From Thermoanaerobaculia bacterium (GTDB taxonomy: Bacteria > Acidobacteriota > Thermoanaerobaculia > UBA5066), in assembly GCA_038245905.1 (NCBI GenBank), contig JBBRRY010000001.1, forward strand, positions 192,001 to 256,000: a DNA stretch of 64,000 bases, written 5' to 3'. Below are positions 45,726 through 55,610 of the stretch, in pieces. The notes below the pieces were generated by a model. The model searched no databases. It saw only the letters and a program-made list of their open reading frames with translations, and was not told the origin of the DNA. Positions within the stretch are counted from its first letter, which is position 1. Each line of letters begins with the position of its first letter. The translations under genes and the position numbers were made by a program.

Positions 45726-46813
45726 AGAACGCCCGTACTCTCGTTCTCGCCGCTCTCACCGTCGTCCTCGTCCTCGCCGGCGGACTCGCCTGGCGCCTCT
45801 ACGGGCGACCCGCGGCCACGCCGGCTCATCCGGTCGCCGCCCTGCCGCGTTTCACGGCGGCGGCGCCGCCGGCCCGCGTTCCGGCGCCGAAGCCTGTCGT
45901 CCTCGCCGAGCTGAGGCCGCCCTGCTGGGGCTGCCCGGAGGCCGAGAAGTGGCCCGTGCAATTCCGGACCGACCTCGATCTCCTCGCACCGCTCGGCGAC
46001 GGTGCCACTAACGCGGCGCTCTGGCTCAAAGACTTCGCGCGCCCGGTCGGTTCGCGGCTCGCCGAGGCCGAGGCCGCAATGAAGAGGCGCGTGGAGGGTC
46101 GGGATGGCGTCGGCCTCGTCCTGCCGCCGGAAGACCCGCTCCTTCGAGAGGCGGAATCGTGGGCGGACCAGTCGACGATGCGCTTCTATCCGCACGTCTG
46201 GGCGCTCGAGGGCTTCTCGACTCCAATTCCGAACCTCCTCGTCGCACTTTCGTTCGCGCGTTCGTGGGTCGAGCGCGCGCGGCTGCATCCCGACTCGCCC
46301 GAAGCGCTCGAGGATTGCCGGCGTGCGCTCCGCTGGGGCCGCCTCCTGCGCCAGGAGGACGTGACCGTCATCCAGGACCTCATCGGTCTCGCGTGCATCC
46401 GGGTCGGTGCCGACGAGATGTACGACCTCGCCAGGCGGCGGGGCGATCAGCCCCTCATGCTCGCCGCCGCGATTGTCGTTGGCGAACATGCTCCCCAGCG
46501 GCTTCGGACGGCGCAATCCCTGACGAGGGTCGGCCTCGCGCCCGGCGACATGGGCCGAGGCGCCCTCGAACCGAACGACAAACTGGTCGACGAGGTCATC
46601 GGCATTGCCCGGAACGACCCGGACCGCCGCTTCCGTCTCGAGGCGATCACCCAGCTCGCGTTCGCGAGATCGAAGGGCTCACGCGAGCAGAAGAACAAGG
46701 CGGAAAATGCTCTCGACAGCCTCTTGTCCCCTCCGAGGAGCGAGGCCGACGCCGCCCAAGCGCGATGGGCGCGTCGCGTCGACGTGCGGGAACTCTCCCG
46801 GTCCCTCGAGTAG
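45722..46813 (+). CDS. Hypothetical membrane-anchored alpha-helical protein
   Basis: N-terminal TM, CWGC motif; third gene of the ECF operon. Confidence 0.65.
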   Translation: MKNARTLVLAALTVVLVLAGGLAWRLYGRPAATPAHPVAALPRFTAAAPPARVPAPKPVVLAELRPPCWGCPEAEKWPVQFRTDLDLLAPLGDGATNAALWLKDFARPVGSRLAEAEAAMKRRVEGRDGVGLVLPPEDPLLREAESWADQSTMRFYPHVWALEGFSTPIPNLLVALSFARSWVERARLHPDSPEALEDCRRALRWGRLLRQEDVTVIQDLIGLACIRVGADEMYDLARRRGDQPLMLAAAIVVGEHAPQRLRTAQSLTRVGLAPGDMGRGALEPNDKLVDEVIGIARNDPDRRFRLEAITQLAFARSKGSREQKNKAENALDSLLSPPRSEADAAQARWARRVDVRELSRSLE

Positions 46814-46828
46814 CGCCGCCGCCCGCCG

Positions 46829-47401
46829 TCAGCGCGCCGCGGCCGCCTTCTCCGCGATGAGCCGCGCCCGCGTGTACGGGATCAGCCCGCCCGCGTCGAT
46901 GATCGCCTGACGGGCGAACGGGAGCGGCACGATGTCGAACGCCGTGCGCTTCGTGCGGTTCTCGACTCCGCCGCCGTCGAAGCCGATCTCGTCGCCCTCG
47001 TCCGCGGCGAAACCGGGCGCGACGACCACCTTGAGACCAAGGTTGATCGCGTTCTGCAGGAAGATGCGCGCGAAGCTTTTCGCGACGACGACGACGTCGA
47101 GGCCCTTAAGGCACGACGCGGCCTGCTCGCGCGAGGAGCCGCAGCCGAAGTTGTCGCCCCCGGAAATCACGGCGCCCTTCGGGATCGACTTCGCCTTGAC
47201 GGCCGCCTGGAACTCCGGGACGTCCGCGAACGCGAACGCGGGAGTCTCGGACGGGAGCACGGTCGCCATGTAGCGGCCGGGGTAAATGAGGTCGGTCGAC
47301 ACGTCGTCGCCGAGGCTCAGGATGACGCGGGCCGTCGGGACCGCCGGCGGCGCCGCCGCCTTCCGGCCGCGGGCTGATCCGGCCTTTTTCGCACGGGGCA
47401 T
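46829..47401 (-). CDS. 3-isopropylmalate dehydratase/homoaconitase small subunit
   Basis: DDVSTDLIYPGRY, NFGCGSSREQA, SFARIF..NA.N.G. Confidence 0.88.
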   Translation of the reverse strand: MPRAKKAGSARGRKAAAPPAVPTARVILSLGDDVSTDLIYPGRYMATVLPSETPAFAFADVPEFQAAVKAKSIPKGAVISGGDNFGCGSSREQAASCLKGLDVVVVAKSFARIFLQNAINLGLKVVVAPGFAADEGDEIGFDGGGVENRTKRTAFDIVPLPFARQAIIDAGGLIPYTRARLIAEKAAAAR

Positions 47402-47402
47402 C

Positions 47403-48707
47403 TCAGTGCTCCTTCCGCGGGTCCGTGATGACACCCGTGAGGGCCGACGCCGCCGCGACGGCGGGCGACGCGAGGTAGACGTCGGCTTCCGGGTTCCCCA
47501 TCCGCCCCTTGAAGTTCCGGTTCGTCGTCGAGATCGCCGTCTCGCCGTCGCCGAGCGCCCCCTCGTGGATCCCGAGACAAGGGCCGCAGCCCGCGTTCAT
47601 GACGACGGCGCCGGCGGCCATGAAGTCCGCGAGATAGCCGAGCTTCATCGCCTCGGCGTAAATCTTCGCGGAGGCTGGAAAGACGAGCATGCGCGTCCCG
47701 GCCGCCACGTGTCGCCCTCTCACGATGCGCGCGGCCTCGGCGAGGTCGTCGAGCCGCCCGTTCGTGCACGAGCCGATGACGACCTGGTGGACAGGAATCC
47801 CCTCGACCGCCGTGACAGGTTTCACGTTGTCTACGGTGTGCGGGCACGCGACGAGCGGCACCAGCGACGAGACGTCGATTGCGATCGTCCGTTCGTACAC
47901 CGCATCCGCATCGCTCGTCACGAGGTCGAGCGGATCGGTCACGCCCGCCTCCTCGCGGAGGTAGCGCACCGTCTCCTCGTCGGCCGGCACGATGCCCGAC
48001 GTGGCGCCCGCCTCGACGGACATGTTGCACAGGACGAGGCGGCCCGAGGTCGAGAGGCGCGCGATGGTCTCGCCGGTGAACTCGAGGACGCGGAAGTTCG
48101 CGCCCTGCGCCGTCAGGACACCAATGAGGTGCAGGATGAGGTCCTTCGGGCCCACGAGGCCGGGAAAGCGCCCGGAGATCTCGACGCGGATCGTCGCGGG
48201 GACCTCGATGTTCAGGGCGGCGCCGAGCGTCCAGGCGCTCGCCATCTCCGTGGCGCCGATCCCGAACGCAAACGCCCCGAGCGCACCGTGGCTCGTCGTA
48301 TGAGAGTCCGTCCCGACGACGACCATGCCGGGCCGCACGTAGCCACGCTCGGGGAGGATCTGGTGGCAGATGCCACCCGTGTCGCCGCGGATGTCGTGGA
48401 ACTTCGCGATCCCATGTTCGGTGACGAAGGCGCGGACCATCTTCTGATTCGTTGCGGTCTTCGCGGACTCGGCAGGGACGCGGTGGTCGAAGATGATGGC
48501 GATGCGTGAGGGGTCCCACGGCTTCGGGGCGACGCCCGTTCCCTCGTGGATCTCCTTGAACTGGTTGATCACGAGGGCTGCGTTCTCGTGCGACATCGCG
48601 AGGTCGACACGCGGCTCGACGACATCCCCTGCGCGGACCGCCTCCTTCCCCGACGCCCGTGCGAGAATCTTCTCGACGATAGTGGCCCCCAAGTTCTTCT
48701 TCTTCAT
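47403..48707 (-). CDS. 3-isopropylmalate dehydratase/homoaconitase large subunit
   Basis: DH, GICHQ, GTDSHT, GSCTNGR, GCGPC, TNRNFKGRMG. Confidence 0.9.
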   Translation of the reverse strand: MKKKNLGATIVEKILARASGKEAVRAGDVVEPRVDLAMSHENAALVINQFKEIHEGTGVAPKPWDPSRIAIIFDHRVPAESAKTATNQKMVRAFVTEHGIAKFHDIRGDTGGICHQILPERGYVRPGMVVVGTDSHTTSHGALGAFAFGIGATEMASAWTLGAALNIEVPATIRVEISGRFPGLVGPKDLILHLIGVLTAQGANFRVLEFTGETIARLSTSGRLVLCNMSVEAGATSGIVPADEETVRYLREEAGVTDPLDLVTSDADAVYERTIAIDVSSLVPLVACPHTVDNVKPVTAVEGIPVHQVVIGSCTNGRLDDLAEAARIVRGRHVAAGTRMLVFPASAKIYAEAMKLGYLADFMAAGAVVMNAGCGPCLGIHEGALGDGETAISTTNRNFKGRMGNPEADVYLASPAVAAASALTGVITDPRKEH

Positions 48708-48718
48708 CGTCGTTCCTT

Positions 48719-49846
48719 TCAATTCTTCGGGAGAGCGCGGGCGACGGCTTCGCCCATCTCGCGGCACGTCGAGGCACCACCCATGTCGTACGTTCGGACC
48801 TTTCCCTCGAGGAGAACCTTCGCGACGGCGGCCTCGACGGCGCGGCCCTTGGCGCCCTCTCCGAGCCAGTCGAGCATCATTTTCGCGGCGAGGATTGTCG
48901 CGATCGGGTTCACCTTGTTCTGCCCCGTGTACTTCGGCGCCGAGCCGTGCGACGGCTCGAACACGCCGAGCTTTACGCCGATGTTTCCCGAGCAGCCAAA
49001 CCCGAGGCCGCCGACCATCTGTGCGCAGAGGTCGGAAATGATGTCCCCGTAAAGGTTCGGCGCGACGAGGACGTCGTAATTCGCGGGGTTCTTCAGGAGC
49101 CACATGCAGATTGCGTCGACGTTCGCTTCGTCCACCTGGATGTGCGGATAGTCCGCCGCAACCTTGCGCGCCTCCTCGAGGAAGACGCCGTCCGAGGCGC
49201 GGACGACGTTCGCCTTGTGGACGACCGTGACCTTCTTTCGCTTGTTCGTGCGCGCGAACTCGAACGCGGCGCGCACGATGCGTTCGGAGCCCTTACGCGT
49301 GTTGATCTTGCAGGAGATCGCGTAGTCGTCCGGCCTGAGGTCCTTGAATGGCGCGAAAGCCGGCGCAAGCTTCGCAAGTGTCTCCGAAAGCTCCGGAGGC
49401 ACTGGGGAAAACTCGACGCCCGCGTAGAGATCCTCCGTGTTCTCACGGAAGACGACGAGATCGAGGCCTTCCTTGAAGTTGAGCGGGTTGCCTGCGTAAC
49501 CCTTGCAAGGCCTCAGGCACACGTACAGGTCGAAGAGCTGCCGCATCCGCACGATCGGCGAGCGGTAGACGAGGCCCTTTTCCCTCAGAGCGGGCGCCAG
49601 CTCGTCGTGAGCCGCTTTCGACGGCTTGGACGTGATCGCGCCGAACATCGCGGCGTCCACGTTTCGGAGGAGGTCGACCGTGCGGGCGGGAAATGCATCC
49701 CCTTCCCGGCACCAGAACTCCCAGCCGATGTCGCCGTGACGGTACTCGGCGTCGAGGCCCGCCGCGTCGAGAACGAGCCGCGTCGCGTCCATGACTTCCA
49801 CGCCCACGCCGTCCCCCGGGAGCCACGCAATCCGGTAACGAGGCAT
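48719..49846 (-). CDS. Beta-decarboxylating dehydrogenase (isopropylmalate/homoisocitrate family)
   Basis: [39 protein letters not shown]. Confidence 0.9.
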   Translation of the reverse strand: MPRYRIAWLPGDGVGVEVMDATRLVLDAAGLDAEYRHGDIGWEFWCREGDAFPARTVDLLRNVDAAMFGAITSKPSKAAHDELAPALREKGLVYRSPIVRMRQLFDLYVCLRPCKGYAGNPLNFKEGLDLVVFRENTEDLYAGVEFSPVPPELSETLAKLAPAFAPFKDLRPDDYAISCKINTRKGSERIVRAAFEFARTNKRKKVTVVHKANVVRASDGVFLEEARKVAADYPHIQVDEANVDAICMWLLKNPANYDVLVAPNLYGDIISDLCAQMVGGLGFGCSGNIGVKLGVFEPSHGSAPKYTGQNKVNPIATILAAKMMLDWLGEGAKGRAVEAAVAKVLLEGKVRTYDMGGASTCREMGEAVARALPKN

Positions 49847-49961
49847 AAGCACCCCCGCATAAGGGTGCGCGCTCGCGCCCGCCGTGCCCGTGACGCAGAT
49901 GCATCAGGGACCATTCTTTACACAAGCCCTGTTGCAGGCTTTCCGCCGGATCTCCGGGCGG

Positions 49962-51266
49962 CTACAGTTCCGACCGGACCGGGGTGACGAGCCACTCCGT
50001 CACCCTCTTCTTCAAGGGGCGTTCCTTCCACATCGCGAGCGTGTAAGGACGGCAGCGCGACAGATCCCGCCGAAAGCTCTCCTTCATCTGCCCGGCGAAC
50101 GCGGTGTCGTACACGAACAGGTTGATCTCCTCGTTCAGATGGAAGGAACGATCGTCGAAATTCGCGGAGCCCACCGTGGAAAAGACCCCGTCCACGACCA
50201 TCGTCTTCAGGTGGAACATCGTCGGCTGATACTCGAAAATCTTTACGCCCCCCTCGAGAAGCGGCCCGAAGGACGAGCGCCCAGCCGCTTTCGTCGCGGG
50301 CACGTCGCTCTCCTCGTCCGACGGGACGATCACCCGCACGTCCACTCCCCTCTTCACGGCGGCGACGAGGAGGCCGATCGTCGCATCGTCTGGAAGAAAG
50401 TAGGAATTCGCGATCCAGATCTCCTTCACGGCGGCGGCGAGCGAGATCGCGTAGACACGGCCCGCTCCCGACATCGGAGCGAGCGGTGACGACGGCACGA
50501 CTGCGACGGCGCTCGCGCCGGCCTCTCGAAGCGCCGGAAAGAACTCGTCGCCCACGAGCGCTTCGCCGGTGACCTCCGACCAGTTCTCCTGAAACGCGCG
50601 CTGAAGACCGCGGACAGCGGGCCCCGCCACCCGCACCTGCGTGTCGCGCCAGTGCACCTTCGAATCGGCGTTGCCGCTCCAGGGATCGGCGAACCCGACG
50701 CCGCCGGTGAAACCGAGCATGCCGTCCACGACCAGAACGCGCCGGTGGTTGCGATGGTTGAACACCCAGAGCATCCAGGGTCTTGTCGAGTGGAAGAACT
50801 CCACGCGGCAGCCAGCCTTGCGCAGGAGGTCGACGTCGCCCGCCTTCATGCGCCGGCCCGGGGAACCGACGGCGTCGAGAAGGACGCGGACGGCGACGCC
50901 GTGCGCGGCCCGCTCGGCGAGCGCGTCGCGGAAACGCGTGCCGACCCCGTCCGACCAGAAGATGTAGGCCTCGAAGTTCACGGTCTTCCGCGCGCCGCCG
51001 ATCGCGGCGAGCATGGCGGGAAAGATCGCGTCGCCGTTCTCGAGGAGATCGAGGCTGTTGCCGGACGTCATGGACGCGCCGGGCAGCGCCGACGGCAGAA
51101 ACGTCGGCGCGTTCAACGTGAAGTCGTGAGGCAGCTCGTAGACGGTCTGCTTCGGAGCGCCCGCCTTCGCAATGGTGACGGCCAAGGCGTAGCCCGCCGC
51201 GACCGAGACGAGAATGATCGCGACGACGGGGAGCCGCTTTGGGCGCCGGGGGCCGGAGGCTTTCAT
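49962..51266 (-). CDS. Cardiolipin synthase-like phospholipase D
   Basis: N-terminal TM; LLDAVGS; HRRxxxxD and HLKxxxxD motifs; GSANFD.RS..LNEE. Confidence 0.88.
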   Translation of the reverse strand: MKASGPRRPKRLPVVAIILVSVAAGYALAVTIAKAGAPKQTVYELPHDFTLNAPTFLPSALPGASMTSGNSLDLLENGDAIFPAMLAAIGGARKTVNFEAYIFWSDGVGTRFRDALAERAAHGVAVRVLLDAVGSPGRRMKAGDVDLLRKAGCRVEFFHSTRPWMLWVFNHRNHRRVLVVDGMLGFTGGVGFADPWSGNADSKVHWRDTQVRVAGPAVRGLQRAFQENWSEVTGEALVGDEFFPALREAGASAVAVVPSSPLAPMSGAGRVYAISLAAAVKEIWIANSYFLPDDATIGLLVAAVKRGVDVRVIVPSDEESDVPATKAAGRSSFGPLLEGGVKIFEYQPTMFHLKTMVVDGVFSTVGSANFDDRSFHLNEEINLFVYDTAFAGQMKESFRRDLSRCRPYTLAMWKERPLKKRVTEWLVTPVRSEL

Positions 51267-51424
51267 CGACCGCAAGAGTACCCTTCTGCGCCCGGGGCGG
51301 CCGCTCTCGCACTGCTGCCTCGGGAAACTCCCTCGCGATCCAGCTCCAGTTCCGTCACCTGCCGCACTGGGATCCGAAACTCTAGCCCCGGTACCCGGCG
51401 CCGCCATCCGCCTACAATCGCCGG

Positions 51425-52270
51425 ATGGACGGAGCACGGGCGAGGCAGCGCGTCACCGAGGCGCGCCGAATCGTGGTCAAGGCCGGGACGAACGTCATCA
51501 TGCGCGACGACGGTGCCGTCGCGCTCGGGCGCCTCTACGGGCTCATCGAGTCCGTCGCGACCCTGAAGAAGCAGGGACGGCACGTCCTGATCGTGTCCTC
51601 GGGCGCCGTCGGACTGGGGGCCCAGCGCCTCCGCCTGGAGAAGAAGCCGAGCTCGCTCGCCCTCAAGCAGGCGTGCGCCGCCATCGGGCAGAGCCGGCTC
51701 ATGTCCGTCTACGAGGAAGGGTTCGAGAAGATGGGCCTGACGACCGCGCAGGTCCTCCTCACCGAGGACGACTTCGCGGACAAGGCGCGTTTCTCCAACC
51801 TCTCGGCGACGCTCGAGAAGCTCCTCGAGCTGGGCGCCGTGCCGATCCTGAACGAGAACGACACCGTTTCGACGGCCGAGCTGGAGTCGCCCGACGGCAA
51901 AGGCGCTCCCCGCGGACTCTTCGGCGACAACGACCGGCTCTCCGCCCTCGTGATGAGCAAGATCCGCGCGGACGTCCTCGTCATCCTCTCCGACGTCGAC
52001 GGCCTCTTCACGGGCAATCCGGCACACGACCGCAACGCCACGCTCATCCCGGTCGTCCGCGAGCTCACCGACGAGGTCGTCCGTTACGCGGACGGTGGAG
52101 GTGCGCGCGGACGCGGCGGGATGGCCTCGAAGCTGGACGCCGTGAAGATCGCGACGCAGGCGGGCGGAATCGCGGTGATTGCGAACGGGCGGACACCCGG
52201 AGTGCTCGACAGGCTCTTCGGCGGCGACGCGATCGGGACGCTCTTCGTGCCGGTCGCTGCTCGCAGGTAG
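51425..52270 (+). CDS. proB: Glutamate 5-kinase (short form, no PUA domain)
   Basis: IVVKAGT, SSGAV, NENDTV, FGDNDRLS, GGMASK. Confidence 0.94.
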   Translation: MDGARARQRVTEARRIVVKAGTNVIMRDDGAVALGRLYGLIESVATLKKQGRHVLIVSSGAVGLGAQRLRLEKKPSSLALKQACAAIGQSRLMSVYEEGFEKMGLTTAQVLLTEDDFADKARFSNLSATLEKLLELGAVPILNENDTVSTAELESPDGKGAPRGLFGDNDRLSALVMSKIRADVLVILSDVDGLFTGNPAHDRNATLIPVVRELTDEVVRYADGGGARGRGGMASKLDAVKIATQAGGIAVIANGRTPGVLDRLFGGDAIGTLFVPVAARR

Positions 52271-52272
52271 AG

Positions 52273-53613
52273 ATGTCCGAAGAGAAGATTCTCCTGGAAG
52301 GTGAAGAGGGGGCCCGGCGCGTCGCCGCGGCTGCGCGGACTGCTGCGCGGCGCCTCGCGGTGCTTTCTCCCGGGGAGAAGAGCTCGGTCCTCCTGGCGGT
52401 CGCCGACGGAATCGAGGCGGCGCGAGACGCCATTCTCGAGGCGAACCGGGCGGACGTGCTCGACGCTCGCACCACCTTCAAAGAAATCAACTCTCCGGTC
52501 TCCCTCCTCGACCGGCTCGTCCTCGACGAGCAGAAGGTTCGCGACATGGCCGCCGGCGTCCGCGCCGTTGCGGCGCTGCCCGACGCGTCCGGGCGAGTTC
52601 TCTCCCGCACGCTCCTCGACGACGGCCTCGTCCTCGAGAAGGTCGCCTGCCCGCTCGGCGTCCTCCTCGTCGTCTTCGAGTCGCGGCCCGACGCCGTCCC
52701 GCAGATCGCGTCGCTCGCGCTCAAGTCCGGCAATGCGGCGATCCTCAAGGGCGGGCGTGAGTCCGCCCGCTCGACCGCGGCGATCCTGGACGTCTTCGCA
52801 GGCGTCTTCGCGCGGCACCCTGAGATTCCCGGAGGCGCGCTGCAGTCCGTCGGCGGCCGCACCGACGTCGATGCCCTGCTCGCGCTCGACGACGACATCG
52901 ATCTCGTCATTCCCCGCGGCGGCTACGACCTCGTGAAGCACGTGAAGGCGAAGACGCGCATTCCGGTGCTCGGCCACGCCGAGGGCGTTTGCCACGTCTA
53001 CCTGGACCGCGCGGCGGACGAAACGATGGCGACGGCGATCGCCCTCGACGCGAAGCTCCAGTACCCCGCGGCGTGCAACGCGGCCGAGACGCTCCTCGTC
53101 CACCGCGAGGCGGCCGTCCGCTTCCTCGTTCCCCTGCTCGGACGCCTCGCCGCGGCGGGCATCGAGCTCCGCGCATGCGCGGCGACGCGCGCCCTCGCGC
53201 CGTCGCTCCGGCTCACGCCTGCGACGGAGGACGACTGGCGCGCTGAATACGGAGCGCCCGTCCTCGCCGTGAAGATCGTCGAGTCGCTCGACGAGGCGAT
53301 CGAGCACGTGAACCGCTACGGCTCGCACCACACCGAGGCGATCGTCACCGGCGACGCCGCGGCGGCGGAGATGTTTCTGTCTCGTGTCGACGCCGCGGGC
53401 GTCTTCCACAACGCGTCCACGCGCTTCGCGGACGGATTCCGTTACGGGTTCGGGGCGGAGATCGGCGTCTCAACTTCGCGTCTCCATGCACGCGGACCGG
53501 TCGGTCTCGAGGGGCTCGTGACGTACAAGTACGTCCTTCGAGGCAGCGGCCAGGTCGTCGCGACGTACTCGGGGAAGGGCGCGCGGCCCTTCCGGCACGA
53601 GCGCCTAGGCTAG
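52273..53613 (+). CDS. proA: Gamma-glutamyl phosphate reductase
   Basis: ESRP, KSGNA.ILKGG, ACNA.ET, NASTRFADG, HARGPVGL. Confidence 0.96.
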   Translation: MSEEKILLEGEEGARRVAAAARTAARRLAVLSPGEKSSVLLAVADGIEAARDAILEANRADVLDARTTFKEINSPVSLLDRLVLDEQKVRDMAAGVRAVAALPDASGRVLSRTLLDDGLVLEKVACPLGVLLVVFESRPDAVPQIASLALKSGNAAILKGGRESARSTAAILDVFAGVFARHPEIPGGALQSVGGRTDVDALLALDDDIDLVIPRGGYDLVKHVKAKTRIPVLGHAEGVCHVYLDRAADETMATAIALDAKLQYPAACNAAETLLVHREAAVRFLVPLLGRLAAAGIELRACAATRALAPSLRLTPATEDDWRAEYGAPVLAVKIVESLDEAIEHVNRYGSHHTEAIVTGDAAAAEMFLSRVDAAGVFHNASTRFADGFRYGFGAEIGVSTSRLHARGPVGLEGLVTYKYVLRGSGQVVATYSGKGARPFRHERLG

Positions 53614-53618
53614 AAGCC

Positions 53619-55157
53619 TCACTCCCACTCGATCGTGCCGGGGGGCTTGGACGTCACGTCGTAGACGACGCGGTTGACGCCGCGCACCTCGCCGACGATC
53701 CGCCGGGATACCTTGTCGAGGAGGTCGTGCGGGAGACGCGCCCAGTCGGCGGTCATGAAGTCCTCCGTCGTGACGGCGCGAAGCGCGAGGACGCTCTCGT
53801 ATGTGCGGCCATCGCCCATCACGCCGACGGTTTTCACGGGCAGGAGGACCGCGAACGCCTGAGAGGTCCTCTCGTACCAACCCGAATCGCGCAGCTCCTC
53901 GATGAAGATCGCGTCGGCCTCCTGCAGGATGCGCACGCGCTCCTTCGTGATCTCGCCCGGAATGCGCACGGCGAGACCGGGCCCCGGAAACGGATGCCTC
54001 GAGAGCATCTCCTTCGGGATCCCGAGCTCCGCGCCGAGGCGCCGGACCTCGTCCTTGAACAGCTCGCGGAGCGGCTCGAGGAGTCGGAAGCCGAGCTTCT
54101 CCGGGAGTCCGCCGACGTTGTGATGCGTCTTGATGACCGACGAGGGGCCCTTGATCGAGACCGACTCGATCACGTCGGGATAGAGCGTGCCCTGCAGAAG
54201 CCACTCGGCGCCGTCCACGGCCTTCGCGTTTTCGGTGAAGACGTCGATGAAGAGGCCGCCGATGATCTTCCGTTTCTGCTCCGGCTCGATCACGCCCGCG
54301 AGAGCCGAGAGGAACCGTTCCGACGCATCGACTCCCGTGACGGGCAGCCCGAGGTGGCGAAACGCCTCCATCACCTGCGGCCCCTCGTTCTTCCGGAGGA
54401 GCCCGGTGTCGACGAAGACGCCACGGAACCGCTCCCCCACCGCCTCGCGGATCAGCACGGCCGCGACCGTCGAGTCCACGCCTCCCGAGAGCGCGCCGAG
54501 GACGATGCCGTGCGAGACCTCCTCCTTGAGGCGAAGGACGGTCGCGTCGCGGAATCCGGCCATCGTCCACGTCGCCTTCGCGCCGCAGACGTCGTACAGG
54601 AAGTTCTCGAGCATCTGGGCTCCGTGCACGGAGTGATGCACCTCCGGATGGCCCTGGATGCCATACAAGCCGCGCTCTGTGTCTTCGAAGGCGGCGACCG
54701 GCGCGTTCTCGGTGTCGGCCGTCACCACGAAACCCACGGGGGCGGCCTCGACGTGGTCGCCGTGGCTCATCCAGACCGTCTCGACGGGCCCGAGACCCCG
54801 GAAGAGACGACCGCCGCGCACCTTCACGGACGCCCTCCCGTACTCCCGCCCCGGCGCGCTGCCGACGCGCCCGCCGAAGCGCTGGGCGATCCACATCATT
54901 CCGTAGCAGAGCCCGAGGACGGGGACGCCGAGATCGAAAAGCTTTGCGTCTCCCTGCGGGGCCCCGCTGTCGTAGACGCTCGACGGGCCTCCGGAGAGGA
55001 TCAGTCCCCTCGGCTTCAATTTCGCAATCTCGTCGGCCTTCGCGTCGAACGGAAGGACGATCGAGCGGACCCGCGCCTCGCGGATCCGCCGGGCAATCAC
55101 CTGAGTGAACTGGGAGCCGAAATCAAGGACGACGACGGTGTCGGACGGTGCGTTCAC
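53619..55157 (-). CDS. guaA: GMP synthase
   Basis: LDFGSQ, CYG, MSHGD, HPE, SGGVDS, KTHHN, KPPGTIEWE. Confidence 0.98.
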   Translation of the reverse strand: MNAPSDTVVVLDFGSQFTQVIARRIREARVRSIVLPFDAKADEIAKLKPRGLILSGGPSSVYDSGAPQGDAKLFDLGVPVLGLCYGMMWIAQRFGGRVGSAPGREYGRASVKVRGGRLFRGLGPVETVWMSHGDHVEAAPVGFVVTADTENAPVAAFEDTERGLYGIQGHPEVHHSVHGAQMLENFLYDVCGAKATWTMAGFRDATVLRLKEEVSHGIVLGALSGGVDSTVAAVLIREAVGERFRGVFVDTGLLRKNEGPQVMEAFRHLGLPVTGVDASERFLSALAGVIEPEQKRKIIGGLFIDVFTENAKAVDGAEWLLQGTLYPDVIESVSIKGPSSVIKTHHNVGGLPEKLGFRLLEPLRELFKDEVRRLGAELGIPKEMLSRHPFPGPGLAVRIPGEITKERVRILQEADAIFIEELRDSGWYERTSQAFAVLLPVKTVGVMGDGRTYESVLALRAVTTEDFMTADWARLPHDLLDKVSRRIVGEVRGVNRVVYDVTSKPPGTIEWE

Positions 55158-55175
55158 GCGCGGAGTATAGGTGCC

Positions 55176-55589
55176 TCAGTACATCTCTCCCTGACCCAGC
55201 ACGCGGCAGGTGAAGGACTTCTGGTCCGCGCCCGGCGTGCATTTCGGGTGGTCGGCCGGCGCCTGACTGACGGCGGACATCTGCATCGAGACAGCGCTGC
55301 TCTCGTTCGAGGTTCCTCGGTAGTCGCACCACAGAAGATCGCTCGTGGCGCCCGGAACGCGCCGGGCCTGAAACGCGGTGAAGCCGTCCCTGTGGAGGGC
55401 CTTCACCCTCCACGTCGCATCTCCCTTGAGGGTCACGTCGACGCTCGTTCCGCCGTTGAGTCCGGTCGCCATGATGGTAGTTGGGCACGTGAGCGTGATC
55501 GGATCAGAGGGCTTCGGCGCCGCATGCGCGGAGCCGGAGGACATGCCCGCCACGAGGATCAGGGGGATCAGGCTGCGAGAGGATTTCAT
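55176..55589 (-). CDS. Small secreted Cys-containing protein (paralog A)
   Basis: SD AAGGAG, signal peptide ending AHA, 4 Cys shared with the neighbouring gene. Confidence 0.72.
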   Translation of the reverse strand: MKSSRSLIPLILVAGMSSGSAHAAPKPSDPITLTCPTTIMATGLNGGTSVDVTLKGDATWRVKALHRDGFTAFQARRVPGATSDLLWCDYRGTSNESSAVSMQMSAVSQAPADHPKCTPGADQKSFTCRVLGQGEMY

Positions 55590-55610
55590 CTTCGCTCCTT
55601 CCGTGATCAT

